Shown one piece after another: positions 8,223 through 17,671 of a stretch of 64,000 nucleotides of DNA. The DNA lies in the NCBI GenBank assembly GCA_034432935.1, contig DAOUBD010000012.1:17344-81343 (forward strand). The letters are read 5' to 3'. Source of the DNA: Dehalococcoidia bacterium. Lineage in GTDB: Bacteria; Chloroflexota; Dehalococcoidia; SM23-28-2; RBG-16-64-32. Each line of letters starts with the position of its first letter. Position 1 is the stretch's first letter. The translations under genes and the position numbers were made by a program. The notes below the pieces were generated by a model. That model searched no databases. It worked only from the letters and a program-made list of their open reading frames with translations, and was not told the origin of the DNA.

Positions 8223-8981
8223 CTACTGCGCCCCGGACATACTATCCCGCACTTCGGCGATAGTGGCTACTCGGCCCGTGTACGACGCTGGCTGACAGAG
8301 CACCCATGCCGCAGCTTTGGCCACCTCCTGCGGCGTCTCCCAACCCGAGAAGTCAGCGCCGGGGTTGAGGAACATGGCCCCTTCCGTGGCCACCGCCGTC
8401 TCGATGCGCAGCGCGTTGACGAAGATGCCGTAGTCCCGCAGTTCCAGGGACAATCCCCGGGTCAGCGTCTCCAGCGCAGCCTTGGACACAGAATAGGAGA
8501 CCATCTCCGGCAACACCATCACGGCGGCGCCGGAGGAGATGTTCAACACCCGGCCGCTACGCTGCTTCAGCATTTGAGGCAGGAGGGCCTCGATACAGAT
8601 GACGGGCCCCCGTAGGTTGACGTTGAGGACGAGGTCCCACCGTGACAGCGGTGTCCGGTAGAAGGGCGCCCGGTACATGTACGCTGCGTTATTGACCAGA
8701 ATGTCCACTCGCCCGAAATGCCGTAGGGCCCCCTCGACCATGGCCTGGACCCCTTCCACCGACGTGATGTCGGCCGCAACGGCCAGGGCCCGCCGGCCTG
8801 ACGCCTGAACTTGCCGGGCCGTCTCGTCGATGGTGCCGGGTACGCGCGACGGGGTAGAGTCCGTGGACCGGGCCACCGCCACGATGTCGGCTCCCAACCT
8901 GGCCAGCTCCAGCGCGATGGCGCGCCCAATGCCGCGGCTGGCTCCCGTGATCACGGCTACCTGGCCCTGAAGTGGCGGCAT
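8223..8981 (-). CDS. SDR, paralog of 458-1243
   Basis: TGASRGIG, PGTIDETARQ, YSVSK. Start probably ATG 8981 (alternative 9041). Confidence 0.88.
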   Translation of the reverse strand: MPPLQGQVAVITGASRGIGRAIALELARLGADIVAVARSTDSTPSRVPGTIDETARQVQASGRRALAVAADITSVEGVQAMVEGALRHFGRVDILVNNAAYMYRAPFYRTPLSRWDLVLNVNLRGPVICIEALLPQMLKQRSGRVLNISSGAAVMVLPEMVSYSVSKAALETLTRGLSLELRDYGIFVNALRIETAVATEGAMFLNPGADFSGWETPQEVAKAAAWVLCQPASYTGRVATIAEVRDSMSGAQ

Positions 8982-9181
8982 ATCATCCGCCTGCGTAGCA
9001 TCGCCAAGCAGGCGGCCCTCTTTCCACAGCTTGCGCGTCATATCCGGCCGCCACAAATGTCCCGTGTAACCGCTTCCTACGTCAAGCCGTCGGTGGTTGC
9101 GGCGTTGCCGTAGAATCCACTGTGCCGGCATAATAATCAGGGCGCTGGCCAAGGGCCCGGGGGCAACAGAATCGATAGCGC

Positions 9182-11575
9182 ATGACCAGTGACCTCAGGA
9201 GCGAGGGTCTCAGAATCCTCTCGGGCCTTCGGGTGGTGGAGATATCCGCGGATGGCAGCGCGGCCATGGCGGCGAAGCACTTCGCCGATTGGGGCGCCTC
9301 GGTAATCGTTTTGGAGCCGCCGGAGGGCACGCCCTTGCGTCAAGCCCCGCCCTATTATCCGACTAGCGATGGGGTCCGCAGTGCCACTTGGCAGTGGCTA
9401 TCCCGGGGCAAGACCTCTATCCGTGTTGGTCAGGGGATGCCGTTTTCGCCAGATGCTGCCGTGCGCCTCTGCCAATCCGTAGACGTGGTCCTATTCGAGA
9501 GCGGGATAGCAGCCGAGGTTCTCGGAGGCAACATCGACTCCATCCGATCCGCACTGGAGGGCAGGACTACCAGCGTCATCATCTCGCCAGCCGGGCTTGA
9601 CGGCCCATACGCGGGATATCGGGCCACTGATCTGGGCATCAACGCGCTGGGCGGTGTCATGAGCCTCCTGGGCGATCCCGGGCGGGAGCCTTTGCGGCCG
9701 GGGCCAGACCTGATGCCCCGGATCACGGGCGTCTTCGCCTTCGTCGCCGCCTTGATCGGGCTACGATACTGTCGCCAAGGGGGACCGCCGCAGTTCATCG
9801 AACTCTCGTCCCAGGCGGTCGCAGCCTCCGTCATCGTGCCTGCGTGGCTGGTCAAAAGCATGGCGGGGATCGAACACACGCGGCGAGGCAACACCTGGCC
9901 CATGGGGGTCTCCGAGTGCAAGGACGGCTGGATTGGCGTGCCGCCCCTGACCCCGACTCATTGGGATATGCTGTGCCACCTCATGGGGATCGCCGATGTG
10001 CTGGAACACCCTCAGGGCCGCGATATCAACTGGCGTATGCAGCATGCGCGGGAGCTGCATGAGCGCGTCCGCCCCTGGCTCATGGCGCGCACCCGGAGGG
10101 AGGTTCAGCAAGAGGCTCAGACGTACCGGCTGCCGGCGGCTCCGGTCCAGACTATAGACGAACGTCTCCAGTGCCCGCACCTGGCCGCCCGAGGCTTCTG
10201 GCGGGAGGCGGAGATAGACGGCAGGGTGGTGAAAGTCCCTCGTGTCACCTTCTCGGTGAAAGGCATCACGCCGATGGAGCGGGGCCCCCTCCGCGAGACG
10301 GGATACGTGGAAGTGGGGTCACCCCGGCGCGCTTCCGGCGCGGCGCCGGCCGGGCTTCCCTTCGCCGGACTGCGGGTCCTAGACCTAACATCCTTCTGGT
10401 CCGGCCCTTACGCCATGACCCTTCTCGCCGCGCTGGGCGCCGACGTGATCAAGATCGAATCGGCGCAACGGCCTGACCCATATCGGTACACCTGGGCCCC
10501 TTACGGGCGGGAGCGGTGGTTCGAGTTCGGCCCCCTGTGGGTCGATGCCAACTGCGGGAAACGGAACCTCGCCCTCGACCTCACCTCCGCCGAAGGCAAG
10601 TCAGTTTTTGAGCGCATGGTCACGCAAGCCGATATCGTCATCAGCAACTTCGCCAATCGCGTGATGCCGAACCTTGGCCTGACCAACGATCGCCTGCTGG
10701 AGATCAACCCCAGGCTCATCGCGGTGACGATGCCGGGCTACGGGCCTGGCGGCCCCTGGGAGGATTACGTTGGTTATGCCGTCGCCTTCGAGCAGCTGGT
10801 GTGCTCGTCCATGGTGGGCTATGCGGACGGGCCGCCTTCCTACGCTGGCGGCTTCTGTGATCCCCTGGTAGGCATGCACGCCGTCGCCGCCATAGAGCTC
10901 GCTCTGCGCTACCGGGAGACGACTGGTCGAGGCACCGAAGTTGAGGTTCCCCAGTGTGAAATCCTGGACAGCATATACGCGCCCGAACACATTGCGGTGC
11001 AGCACGGCGCTCCTGCGCCCTCCCGGTGCGGCAACCGTCATCCATCCATGGCCCCGCATAACGCCTACCAGGTGGCGGGCGACGACTGCTGGATCACCAT
11101 CTCGGTGGCCAGCGACGCCGAGTTCGCCGCACTGGCCCGTGTCCTTGGGCGTCCAGAGATGGCCGCCGATAGCAGGTTCGCTACAGCGGCGGCTCGCAAA
11201 GATAACGAGGCGGCGTTGGACGCTATCATCGCTGAAGCCGTGCGAAATCGCGACCAGGCGGAGTTAGAGAGGGAGCTACAGGCGGCCGGGGTGGCCGGCT
11301 GCCGCGTCAATAAGGCCTTTGCCTTGATGGATGACCCAGGTTTGCGCCATTTCGGTTTCTTTCAGGAGATCGAGCGGCCAGTCACCGGGCGCCATCCCCA
11401 GAAGACCTGGCCCTTCCGGTTTCCCTCGATTGACGCCAGCCACAAACGGCCGGCCCCCCTCTTGGGTGAGCATAATGCGGAAGTCCTCAAAGAGCTTGCC
11501 GGCCTGACGGAACCAGAGATACGTGGTCTGGCGGAGAAACGGATTATCGGCGAATCGCCACTGGCGGCGGTGTGA
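9182..11575 (+). CDS. Tandem CaiB/BaiF CoA-transferase, N-domain lacking the catalytic Asp
   Basis: Two domains. N-half reads DLMPRITG at the catalytic position; C-half reads GFCDPLVG. Confidence 0.9.
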   Translation: MTSDLRSEGLRILSGLRVVEISADGSAAMAAKHFADWGASVIVLEPPEGTPLRQAPPYYPTSDGVRSATWQWLSRGKTSIRVGQGMPFSPDAAVRLCQSVDVVLFESGIAAEVLGGNIDSIRSALEGRTTSVIISPAGLDGPYAGYRATDLGINALGGVMSLLGDPGREPLRPGPDLMPRITGVFAFVAALIGLRYCRQGGPPQFIELSSQAVAASVIVPAWLVKSMAGIEHTRRGNTWPMGVSECKDGWIGVPPLTPTHWDMLCHLMGIADVLEHPQGRDINWRMQHARELHERVRPWLMARTRREVQQEAQTYRLPAAPVQTIDERLQCPHLAARGFWREAEIDGRVVKVPRVTFSVKGITPMERGPLRETGYVEVGSPRRASGAAPAGLPFAGLRVLDLTSFWSGPYAMTLLAALGADVIKIESAQRPDPYRYTWAPYGRERWFEFGPLWVDANCGKRNLALDLTSAEGKSVFERMVTQADIVISNFANRVMPNLGLTNDRLLEINPRLIAVTMPGYGPGGPWEDYVGYAVAFEQLVCSSMVGYADGPPSYAGGFCDPLVGMHAVAAIELALRYRETTGRGTEVEVPQCEILDSIYAPEHIAVQHGAPAPSRCGNRHPSMAPHNAYQVAGDDCWITISVASDAEFAALARVLGRPEMAADSRFATAAARKDNEAALDAIIAEAVRNRDQAELERELQAAGVAGCRVNKAFALMDDPGLRHFGFFQEIERPVTGRHPQKTWPFRFPSIDASHKRPAPLLGEHNAEVLKELAGLTEPEIRGLAEKRIIGESPLAAV

Positions 11576-11614
11576 AGGCAGGGCCTAGCGCCGGGCTCGG
11601 GAGGACTGTTGGAC

Positions 11615-12778
11615 ATGGACTTTGAGTATCCGCAGGAGGTGGCTGAGTTCCGGAGGGAGTTTGCCCGCTATCTGGACCGCATCGTCACGCCAGAACTGGT
11701 CGAAGAGATCGCCTCGGGCTCGGCAGAGTCGCCTGGGCCCCTGACGCGGGCCTTCTGGAAACGTCTGGCAGCGGACGGCTATTTCGGGATGGGCTGGCCC
11801 GTCGAGTATGGCGGCGGGGGCAAGTCCATCCTCTACTTGCATGCCTTCAACTACGAGATGATGTACCGCCGCCTGCCCCTTCCCGTGGTCACCCTCAACA
11901 CCGTCGCCCCCACTCTGATGCGCATCGGCAGCGAGGAGCAGAAAAAAGAGTACCTGCCCAAGATCCTGCGCGCTGAGATAGAGTTCGCCATCGGCTACAC
12001 GGAGCCCGAAGCCGGCACAGACCTGGCATCCCTCAACACCCGCGCCGTCCGCGATGGTGACAACTACGTCATCAACGGACAGAAGATCTTCACTACCGGG
12101 GCGCATCAGGCGGACTATCTGTGGCTGGCTGTGCGCACAGACCCAAACGCGCCGAAACACCGCGGGATTTCGCTGCTCATCGTGCCGTTGGGGCTCGAAG
12201 GCATTGAGGTGCGGCCCTTGCCCATCATGCACGGCGGCCGCACCAACGTTGTTTTCTTCGATAACGTTAGGGTGCCCGTAACTGCGCTCGTCGGCGAAGA
12301 GAACCGCGGCTGGTACTACATGACCACCCAGCTCGATTTCGAACGCATCGCCATCAGCCCTGTGGCCGCCATCGAGCGCCTCTTCGATTCCCTCTGTCAC
12401 GGCTTCCAGTCGGGAGACATCGATGCTAATGATTGGGCGTTCAGCGCCATGGCCAATATGGCGGCAGACCTCTATGTCATGAAGGTGATGGACCTGAAGA
12501 CGGCCGCCATCGTGGACAACGGGGAGATCCCAGTGTACGAGGCGTCTCTCCTCAAGGTCCTCACCAACGAGGGGAGGGTCAAGCTCTTGAACGATGCCCT
12601 CCAGATGCTGGGGCCGCGCGGCCTCGTCCGCCGCGGCTCTCCCGGCGCCTGGCTCGACCTGGCCCGGGAGACCATCGAGCGGCAGCTCCGGGAGTCGCCC
12701 ATTACCCTCTTCGGCGGGGGCAGCAACGATATCCAACGCGATCTGATGGCCATTCACGGCCTAGGTCTGTCGAGGTGA
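11615..12778 (+). CDS. Acyl-CoA dehydrogenase, catalytic alpha subunit (FadE26/ChsE-like)
   Basis: IGYTEPEAGTDLASL, INGQKIFTT, LDFER (catalytic Glu), GGSNDIQR. ATG 11615 is 9 nt after GGAGGA. Confidence 0.92.
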   Translation: MDFEYPQEVAEFRREFARYLDRIVTPELVEEIASGSAESPGPLTRAFWKRLAADGYFGMGWPVEYGGGGKSILYLHAFNYEMMYRRLPLPVVTLNTVAPTLMRIGSEEQKKEYLPKILRAEIEFAIGYTEPEAGTDLASLNTRAVRDGDNYVINGQKIFTTGAHQADYLWLAVRTDPNAPKHRGISLLIVPLGLEGIEVRPLPIMHGGRTNVVFFDNVRVPVTALVGEENRGWYYMTTQLDFERIAISPVAAIERLFDSLCHGFQSGDIDANDWAFSAMANMAADLYVMKVMDLKTAAIVDNGEIPVYEASLLKVLTNEGRVKLLNDALQMLGPRGLVRRGSPGAWLDLARETIERQLRESPITLFGGGSNDIQRDLMAIHGLGLSR

Positions 12779-12783
12779 CTCCG

Positions 12784-13905
12784 ATGCGCTTCGCCGATTC
12801 CGAAACCCAGAAGCTCATCCGAAATAGCGCCCGCTCTTATCTCTCCGATAGGTTTCCCTGGGAACGGCTCTACGCCCTGGAGCGAGGCGACGCGCAGTTG
12901 ACGAAAGAGGAGCTCCAGGAGATAGCCGCTATGGGCTGGATGGCGCTGGTGGTTCCCGAGGCAGAGGGCGGCGGCGGCGTCTCCCTTCTCGAAGCGGCGG
13001 TCGTCATCGATGAGTGCGGATACGCCGCGGCGCCCCTACCCCTCGCCGTCAGCAACGTGGCCGCGGACCTCATCTCCCGCGCCACCGTGGGCCCGGCTGC
13101 CTCCCAACATCTCGCTGCCCTCGCCCAAGGCCGAGCCCTGTACACCGTCGCCGAGTCCGTGCGTAGGCGTGGGCCCGGCTCCAAGCTCCAGGTGTCCGAT
13201 GGCGTCCTATCGGGAACGGTGCCTCTCGTGCCCTTTGGGAGCCTGGCAGACTTCCTTCTGGCGCCCGTCAATATGGCTGGGGAGAGCGCCCTGGCCGTGG
13301 TGCCGCTTGCCGAAGCCCGGCGCGACCCCGTCCGCATGATTGACCGGGCGGCGTACTGCGATCTCCATCTGGATGGTATCTCGCTATCGGATTGCCTTCT
13401 TCTAGCCAAGGGGTGGGAAGCTGAACGTCTCCACGAACGATGCGACGCCCTGGTCACCGCCTTTGGGCTGATCGAGTTAGGCGGCATGATGCAGCGGGTG
13501 CTGGAGATGACCACCGAATACATCTCGAACCGGGTCCAGTTCGGCCAGCCCATCGCCAAGTTTCAGGCCGCGCGTCATCGCGCTGCCGAGCTGCTGATGC
13601 AGACGGAGACAACTCGGTGGGCGTCCTACTACGCCCTATGGGAGTTTCAGAAGGACCCGGACAACACCAGGGGGATCTGGCTTGCCAAGCACTGGGCCAT
13701 ACGGGCCGCCGATAGGGTGTTCCACGTCAGCCACCTGCTGACCGGTGGCGTTGGTGTGGGCAGTGAGTACCCGCTGCACCTCTTCACCCAGGCCATCGCA
13801 GCCTACGCTGTGCGGGGCGGCACGGCGAGCGAGATGGTGGATCGGACAGTAGGACTCCTGGCCCTCCGCGGTGGGCCTGGTAGTGGCGAGAAGGTACGGC
13901 TGTGA
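12784..13905 (+). CDS. Acyl-CoA dehydrogenase, partner beta subunit (FadE27-like)
   Basis: RVQFGQPIAKFQAARH and TGGVG motifs, degenerate FAD/N-terminal motifs. True start is ATG 12784, not 12433. Confidence 0.88.
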   Translation: MRFADSETQKLIRNSARSYLSDRFPWERLYALERGDAQLTKEELQEIAAMGWMALVVPEAEGGGGVSLLEAAVVIDECGYAAAPLPLAVSNVAADLISRATVGPAASQHLAALAQGRALYTVAESVRRRGPGSKLQVSDGVLSGTVPLVPFGSLADFLLAPVNMAGESALAVVPLAEARRDPVRMIDRAAYCDLHLDGISLSDCLLLAKGWEAERLHERCDALVTAFGLIELGGMMQRVLEMTTEYISNRVQFGQPIAKFQAARHRAAELLMQTETTRWASYYALWEFQKDPDNTRGIWLAKHWAIRAADRVFHVSHLLTGGVGVGSEYPLHLFTQAIAAYAVRGGTASEMVDRTVGLLALRGGPGSGEKVRL

Positions 13906-15065
13906 GCATCCGGAACAAGACCGCTATCGTTGGCATCGGCCAGACCGAGTTCTCGAAAGATTCGGGCCGCAGCACGCTGCGCATGGCTCTGGAGGTTATC
14001 CTGGAGGCTCTGGACGACGCTGGCCTCAAGCCCGAAGAGATCGATGGCATCGTCAAGATGCGGGCCAACGACGACATCTTCGAGATCGACCTGGCCCGCA
14101 ATCTGAACCTGCCTAACCTGCGCTTCTTCGCCGAGGTGCCACACGGAGGGGGCGCCGCCTGCGGGACCATCGCCGTCGCCGTTGCAGCTATCGTATCGGG
14201 CATGGCGGATGTCGTCGTTACCTTTCGCTCCCTGAACGAACGCTCCGAACGGCGCTTCGGCCAGTCGAGCGCCGGCGGCGGGTTGCCTCACTGGATGCAG
14301 TACAACATACCTCATGGCCTGGTTACTCCGGCCCAATGGATCGCCATCTTCGCTCAGAGGTATCTGTACGAATATGGTTACACCACCGAGGAGTTCGGGC
14401 GCGTATCGGTCCTGGCACGCAAACACGCCGCCACTAATCCCCACGCCATGATGTATGGCCGCCCCATCACCCTCGAGGATCACCAGGCCTCCCGCTGGAT
14501 CGCCGAGCCCCTGCGCCTGCTGGACTGCACTCTGGACACCGACGGAGCCTGCGCCGCCGTCGTGGTATCGGCCGAGAAAGCCAAGGGCCTGAAAGGGAAG
14601 CCGGTGTTCATAGCCGCTGCGGCCCAGGGCACAGGCAGTCGCGCCGAGATGATGACCAGCTATCAGCGGGTCGACATAACGCGCCTGGAGGAGGCTGAGG
14701 CGACTGCGCGGGAGCTGTATCGTGTCGCAGAGCTTGGGCCAGGGGAGATCGATGTGGCTGAAATCTACGACCACTTTACGCCGATGGTGCTGATGGCCTT
14801 GGAGGCCTATGGCTTCGCTGCGCGGGGCCGCGCGCCTGACCTCTTTCGCGAGGGAAGGCTCGAGATGGACGGCGCCATGCCCCTGAATACCCATGGCGGA
14901 CACCTTGGCGAAGGCTACTTGCACGGCTTCGGACACATCGTAGAGGCGGTGCGCCAGCTCCGCGGCACGGCCGCTAACCAGGTCTCCAAGGCCCGGACCT
15001 GTCTCGTCACGAGTGGCACGGGCGTTCCCACCAGCGGCCTCATTCTCTGCAAGGAGCCCTATTGA
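13902..15065 (+). CDS. Thiolase-like (SCP2-type) protein, Ltp2-like retro-aldolase
   Basis: AIVGIGQTEFSK, GGGAACG, EIYDHFT, NTHGGHLGEGYLHG. Confidence 0.88.
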   Translation: MSIRNKTAIVGIGQTEFSKDSGRSTLRMALEVILEALDDAGLKPEEIDGIVKMRANDDIFEIDLARNLNLPNLRFFAEVPHGGGAACGTIAVAVAAIVSGMADVVVTFRSLNERSERRFGQSSAGGGLPHWMQYNIPHGLVTPAQWIAIFAQRYLYEYGYTTEEFGRVSVLARKHAATNPHAMMYGRPITLEDHQASRWIAEPLRLLDCTLDTDGACAAVVVSAEKAKGLKGKPVFIAAAAQGTGSRAEMMTSYQRVDITRLEEAEATARELYRVAELGPGEIDVAEIYDHFTPMVLMALEAYGFAARGRAPDLFREGRLEMDGAMPLNTHGGHLGEGYLHGFGHIVEAVRQLRGTAANQVSKARTCLVTSGTGVPTSGLILCKEPY

Positions 15066-15481
15066 TGGCGGAAGTCCCCCGCCCGTTTCCGCAGCCCGAC
15101 CGCGACACGGGGCCCTTCTGGGACGCCCAGAACCACCATCGCCTCGTCTTCCAGCGCTGTTCGGACTGCGGATTCGTCCGTTACGTCGTCGGCCCCCTCT
15201 GTCCCAACTGCCGGTCCTTCGCCTTCCAGTGGATCGAGTCCAGCGGCCGCGGGCGGATCTACAGCCACACGACTGTCCACTATCAGGCGCACCCGGCGTT
15301 CCCCGTCCCGTACACGGTCCTGTTAGTGGAGATGGAGGAAGGGCCACGCGTCATCGCCCAACTAAGGAACCCGGAGGGGCGGCCCTTCGCCATCGGCACC
15401 CATGTGCGCGTGGAGTGGGAGGATCATCCCAATCAGTCGCTGCCCGTGTTCGTCATAGATGAGGAGCCAAAAGGGGGCTAA
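15065..15481 (+). CDS. DUF35 Zn-ribbon/OB-fold protein
   Basis: QRCSDCG...CPNC, GRGRIYSHT, VEMEEGPRV. Overlaps the thiolase-like stop codon. Confidence 0.9.
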   Translation: MAEVPRPFPQPDRDTGPFWDAQNHHRLVFQRCSDCGFVRYVVGPLCPNCRSFAFQWIESSGRGRIYSHTTVHYQAHPAFPVPYTVLLVEMEEGPRVIAQLRNPEGRPFAIGTHVRVEWEDHPNQSLPVFVIDEEPKGG

Positions 15482-16054
15482 ATGGGCATAAATCTTAGAG
15501 AGAGCTTTCGTGTTAACGCCCCCGTTCAGAAGGTGTGGGAGTTCCTCATGGATCCGCACCAGGTGGTGACCTGCATGCCTGGCGCGGCGCTGGATGAGGT
15601 CGTTGGCGATAATACCTTCCTGGGAAGCATAAGGGTGAAGGTGGGGCCCATCACGGCCACCTACAAGGGCCGCGCCCAGTTCGTAGAGGTCGATCCCCAG
15701 GGGTACACCATCCGCCTCACGGCCGAAGGCGCCGAAGCTGGCGGGGGCAACGCGCGGGGCACCATGTTCAGCCGTCTTCAGCCGTTGCCTGACGGCGGCA
15801 CGGAGGTTGTCGCCGAGGCCAGCGCGGAGGTAACCGGCCGCATCATGCAGTTCGGGCGCGGCATGATCCAGGGCGTCTCCCAGCAGCTCTTCCAGCAGTT
15901 CGCGGCCAACGTCGTTGAAAGGCTGGAGACGCCCGCTGAGGTGGGCGCCGCGGCTGCGGCCCAAACGCCTATCAACGCCCTGGCCCTGATCCTGGGCTAC
16001 GTTTGGTCCGTGCTAGTGCGGTTCTTCAGGCGTCTGTTTCGCCGCCGGGCCTAG
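15482..16054 (+). CDS. coxG: CoxG-like SRPBCC/START-fold protein with C-terminal membrane anchor
   Basis: VWEFLMDP..V..CMPGA, VKVGPI, VTGRIMQFGRGMI. Hydrophobic then basic C-terminal tail. Confidence 0.8.
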   Translation: MGINLRESFRVNAPVQKVWEFLMDPHQVVTCMPGAALDEVVGDNTFLGSIRVKVGPITATYKGRAQFVEVDPQGYTIRLTAEGAEAGGGNARGTMFSRLQPLPDGGTEVVAEASAEVTGRIMQFGRGMIQGVSQQLFQQFAANVVERLETPAEVGAAAAAQTPINALALILGYVWSVLVRFFRRLFRRRA

Positions 16055-16055
16055 T

Positions 16056-16862
16056 TTACTCCCCCGTAAAGTTCGGCTCGCGCTTCTCGAGGAACGCCTT
16101 CACGCCCTCCCTGGCGTCGTTGGTGTTGGAGGCGATGACCGAGGCCATGGTCTCGAAGTCGATGGCCCCCTCCAGATCGGATGTGAGACCTTTGTACACC
16201 ATCCGCCGGGCCATTTCGACCGCGGTGCTAGCGCCCCGGGCCAGTTCTTTGGCGTAGCTCAGCGCGGCAGGCAGCGCTTCTCCCGCCGGGCACAGCTCGT
16301 CGATGATCCCTGCCTCCTTGGCCTCCTGCGCATTGAGCCAGGCGCCGGTAGTCATCATCTTCAGCGCCATGGGGATGCCCGCGATCCGGGGCAGGAAGAA
16401 CGACATACCGCACTCCGGGACCACGCCCCGTTTGACGAAGATCGCAGAGATGCGAGTTGTCTCGTCGGCAAACCGGCGGTCGGTGGCGAGGGCGTACACG
16501 AGGCCCACGCCGGCTACGTGACCCTGGAGGGCCGAAATCACCGGTTTGTCTACTGCAATTAGAGCCCTGGTCACATCGGCAAAAGGGCCGAAGGGGTTCT
16601 TGCGCTGGAAACGGGGTATCTTTCGCTCCCCCAACAGTGAACCTTCGTCCACCCAGCCCAGGTCGCCTCCGGCGCAGAAGGAACGGCCCTCGCCCCGCAG
16701 CAGCACCGCCCGCACCTCGTCCCGGAAGCGGATCTCCGTAAGGAGGTCGGCAAGCCGCCTCGCCATCTCCCAGTCAATGGCGTTTAGCCTATCGCTGCGG
16801 TTCAGCGTCACTATCCCGACACCATCCTCCACGTCGAACTTGATGCGATTATCCTCTGACAT
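16056..16862 (-). CDS. Enoyl-CoA hydratase/isomerase (crotonase)
   Basis: LNR.DRLNA, FCAGGD, DKPVISA, GVVPECG, DAREGVKAFLEKREPNF. Confidence 0.92.
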   Translation of the reverse strand: MSEDNRIKFDVEDGVGIVTLNRSDRLNAIDWEMARRLADLLTEIRFRDEVRAVLLRGEGRSFCAGGDLGWVDEGSLLGERKIPRFQRKNPFGPFADVTRALIAVDKPVISALQGHVAGVGLVYALATDRRFADETTRISAIFVKRGVVPECGMSFFLPRIAGIPMALKMMTTGAWLNAQEAKEAGIIDELCPAGEALPAALSYAKELARGASTAVEMARRMVYKGLTSDLEGAIDFETMASVIASNTNDAREGVKAFLEKREPNFTGE

Positions 16863-16995
16863 CGCCCGGTGACCTCCTCGTGCCGAAAACTGGCTGGTCC
16901 GCCCTAGATTCTATCGAGCCAGGCAGCTGTGGGCCAGGTTTTCCGACTCGTTCGGGGCGTGGACCCCCTTGCGATACCCCAGACAGGAGCCAATA

Positions 16996-17115
16996 GGTTG
17001 TGGGGCACCTATGCCCCCGCCTTCAGGCGGGTGTGGTGCAACTGACGCCGACACGAAACGCTGATCAGCCGGTTGTGGGGCACCTATGCCCCCGCCTTCA
17101 GGTAGGGGTGGTGCA
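16996..17115 (+). repeat. Two 45-bp direct repeats (3 mismatches) separated by a 30-bp unique spacer; each copy carries internal hairpins
   Basis: GGTTGTGGGGCACCTATGCCCCCGCCTTCAGG identical at 16996-17027 and 17071-17102, followed by CGGGTGTGGTGCA vs TAGGGGTGGTGCA. Period 75 bp. Hairpins GGGGCA-ccta-TGCCCC and CCCGCC-ttca-GGCGGG. Confidence 0.9.
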
Positions 17116-17160
17116 GGGAGGCCGGAGAGCCGCAGGGTCCGCCACGTTTCCTTCTCCGCG

Positions 17161-17189
17161 TTGACTCCCTCTGCGAGCCACTGTATCTT
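17161..17189 (+). promoter_or_regulatory. Sigma70-type promoter for the DsrE-like/crotonase operon
   Basis: TTGACT-N17-TATCTT. Confidence 0.6.
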
Positions 17190-17209
17190 CGTGTTCGGCG
17201 CATCACGCC

Positions 17210-17659
17210 ATGGACACGCAGATGCCGCGGATAGACGTACTGCTAATCTTGAGGGACGCCATCGCCAGTTCGGTGGTGGGGACGGTTCAGGCGGCTATGG
17301 AAGCCCGCAGGGCGGGTAAGGAGGCCGCCGTCCTCATCACCCAGGAGGCGTTGGCAGCCGTCGTCCGAGGATCCTTCGCGTGGCCCAGGGACCTCTCCGG
17401 CCAAGAGATGCGTCTGGGCATAGCGTCGCGGGCTGCAACTCTCGGGCTGCCCATCATGGGCCGTGGCGAGGGCCGGCAGATAGACGCCAGAGCTATGATC
17501 CCTTTGGCCCTGGAGGCCGGCGTCCGCCTCTTTGCCTGTCCGTTGTGGACAGAGCTCCTAGGCCTAGAGAAAGACCTTCCCCCCGGCGTGGAACTGCTAG
17601 AGGCCACCCAGGCGCAGGAGCTCATCGCTAACGCGCGGACGGTAATCGGGACGCTATAA
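17210..17659 (+). CDS. DsrE/TusD-like (DsrE family) protein
   Basis: Small alpha/beta protein with GKEAAVLITQEA and GVRLFACPLW (single Cys), as in DsrE-family proteins. Start at 17210 or 17222. Confidence 0.6.
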   Translation: MDTQMPRIDVLLILRDAIASSVVGTVQAAMEARRAGKEAAVLITQEALAAVVRGSFAWPRDLSGQEMRLGIASRAATLGLPIMGRGEGRQIDARAMIPLALEAGVRLFACPLWTELLGLEKDLPPGVELLEATQAQELIANARTVIGTL

Positions 17660-17671
17660 GGAGGGGGAGCC

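Noticed and set aside
11585-12757. Long antisense shadow ORFs (e.g. 11585-12757, 13803-15347, 26838-27914, 31492-32709, 37544-38626)
   Set aside because: They lie opposite well-supported genes and are expected from high-GC codon bias. No family motifs.
16996-17117. Formal CRISPR array call
   Set aside because: Only two repeats and one spacer, no cas genes in the window, and the hairpin also fits IS200/605 or REP elements. Reported as a repeat and a finding instead.
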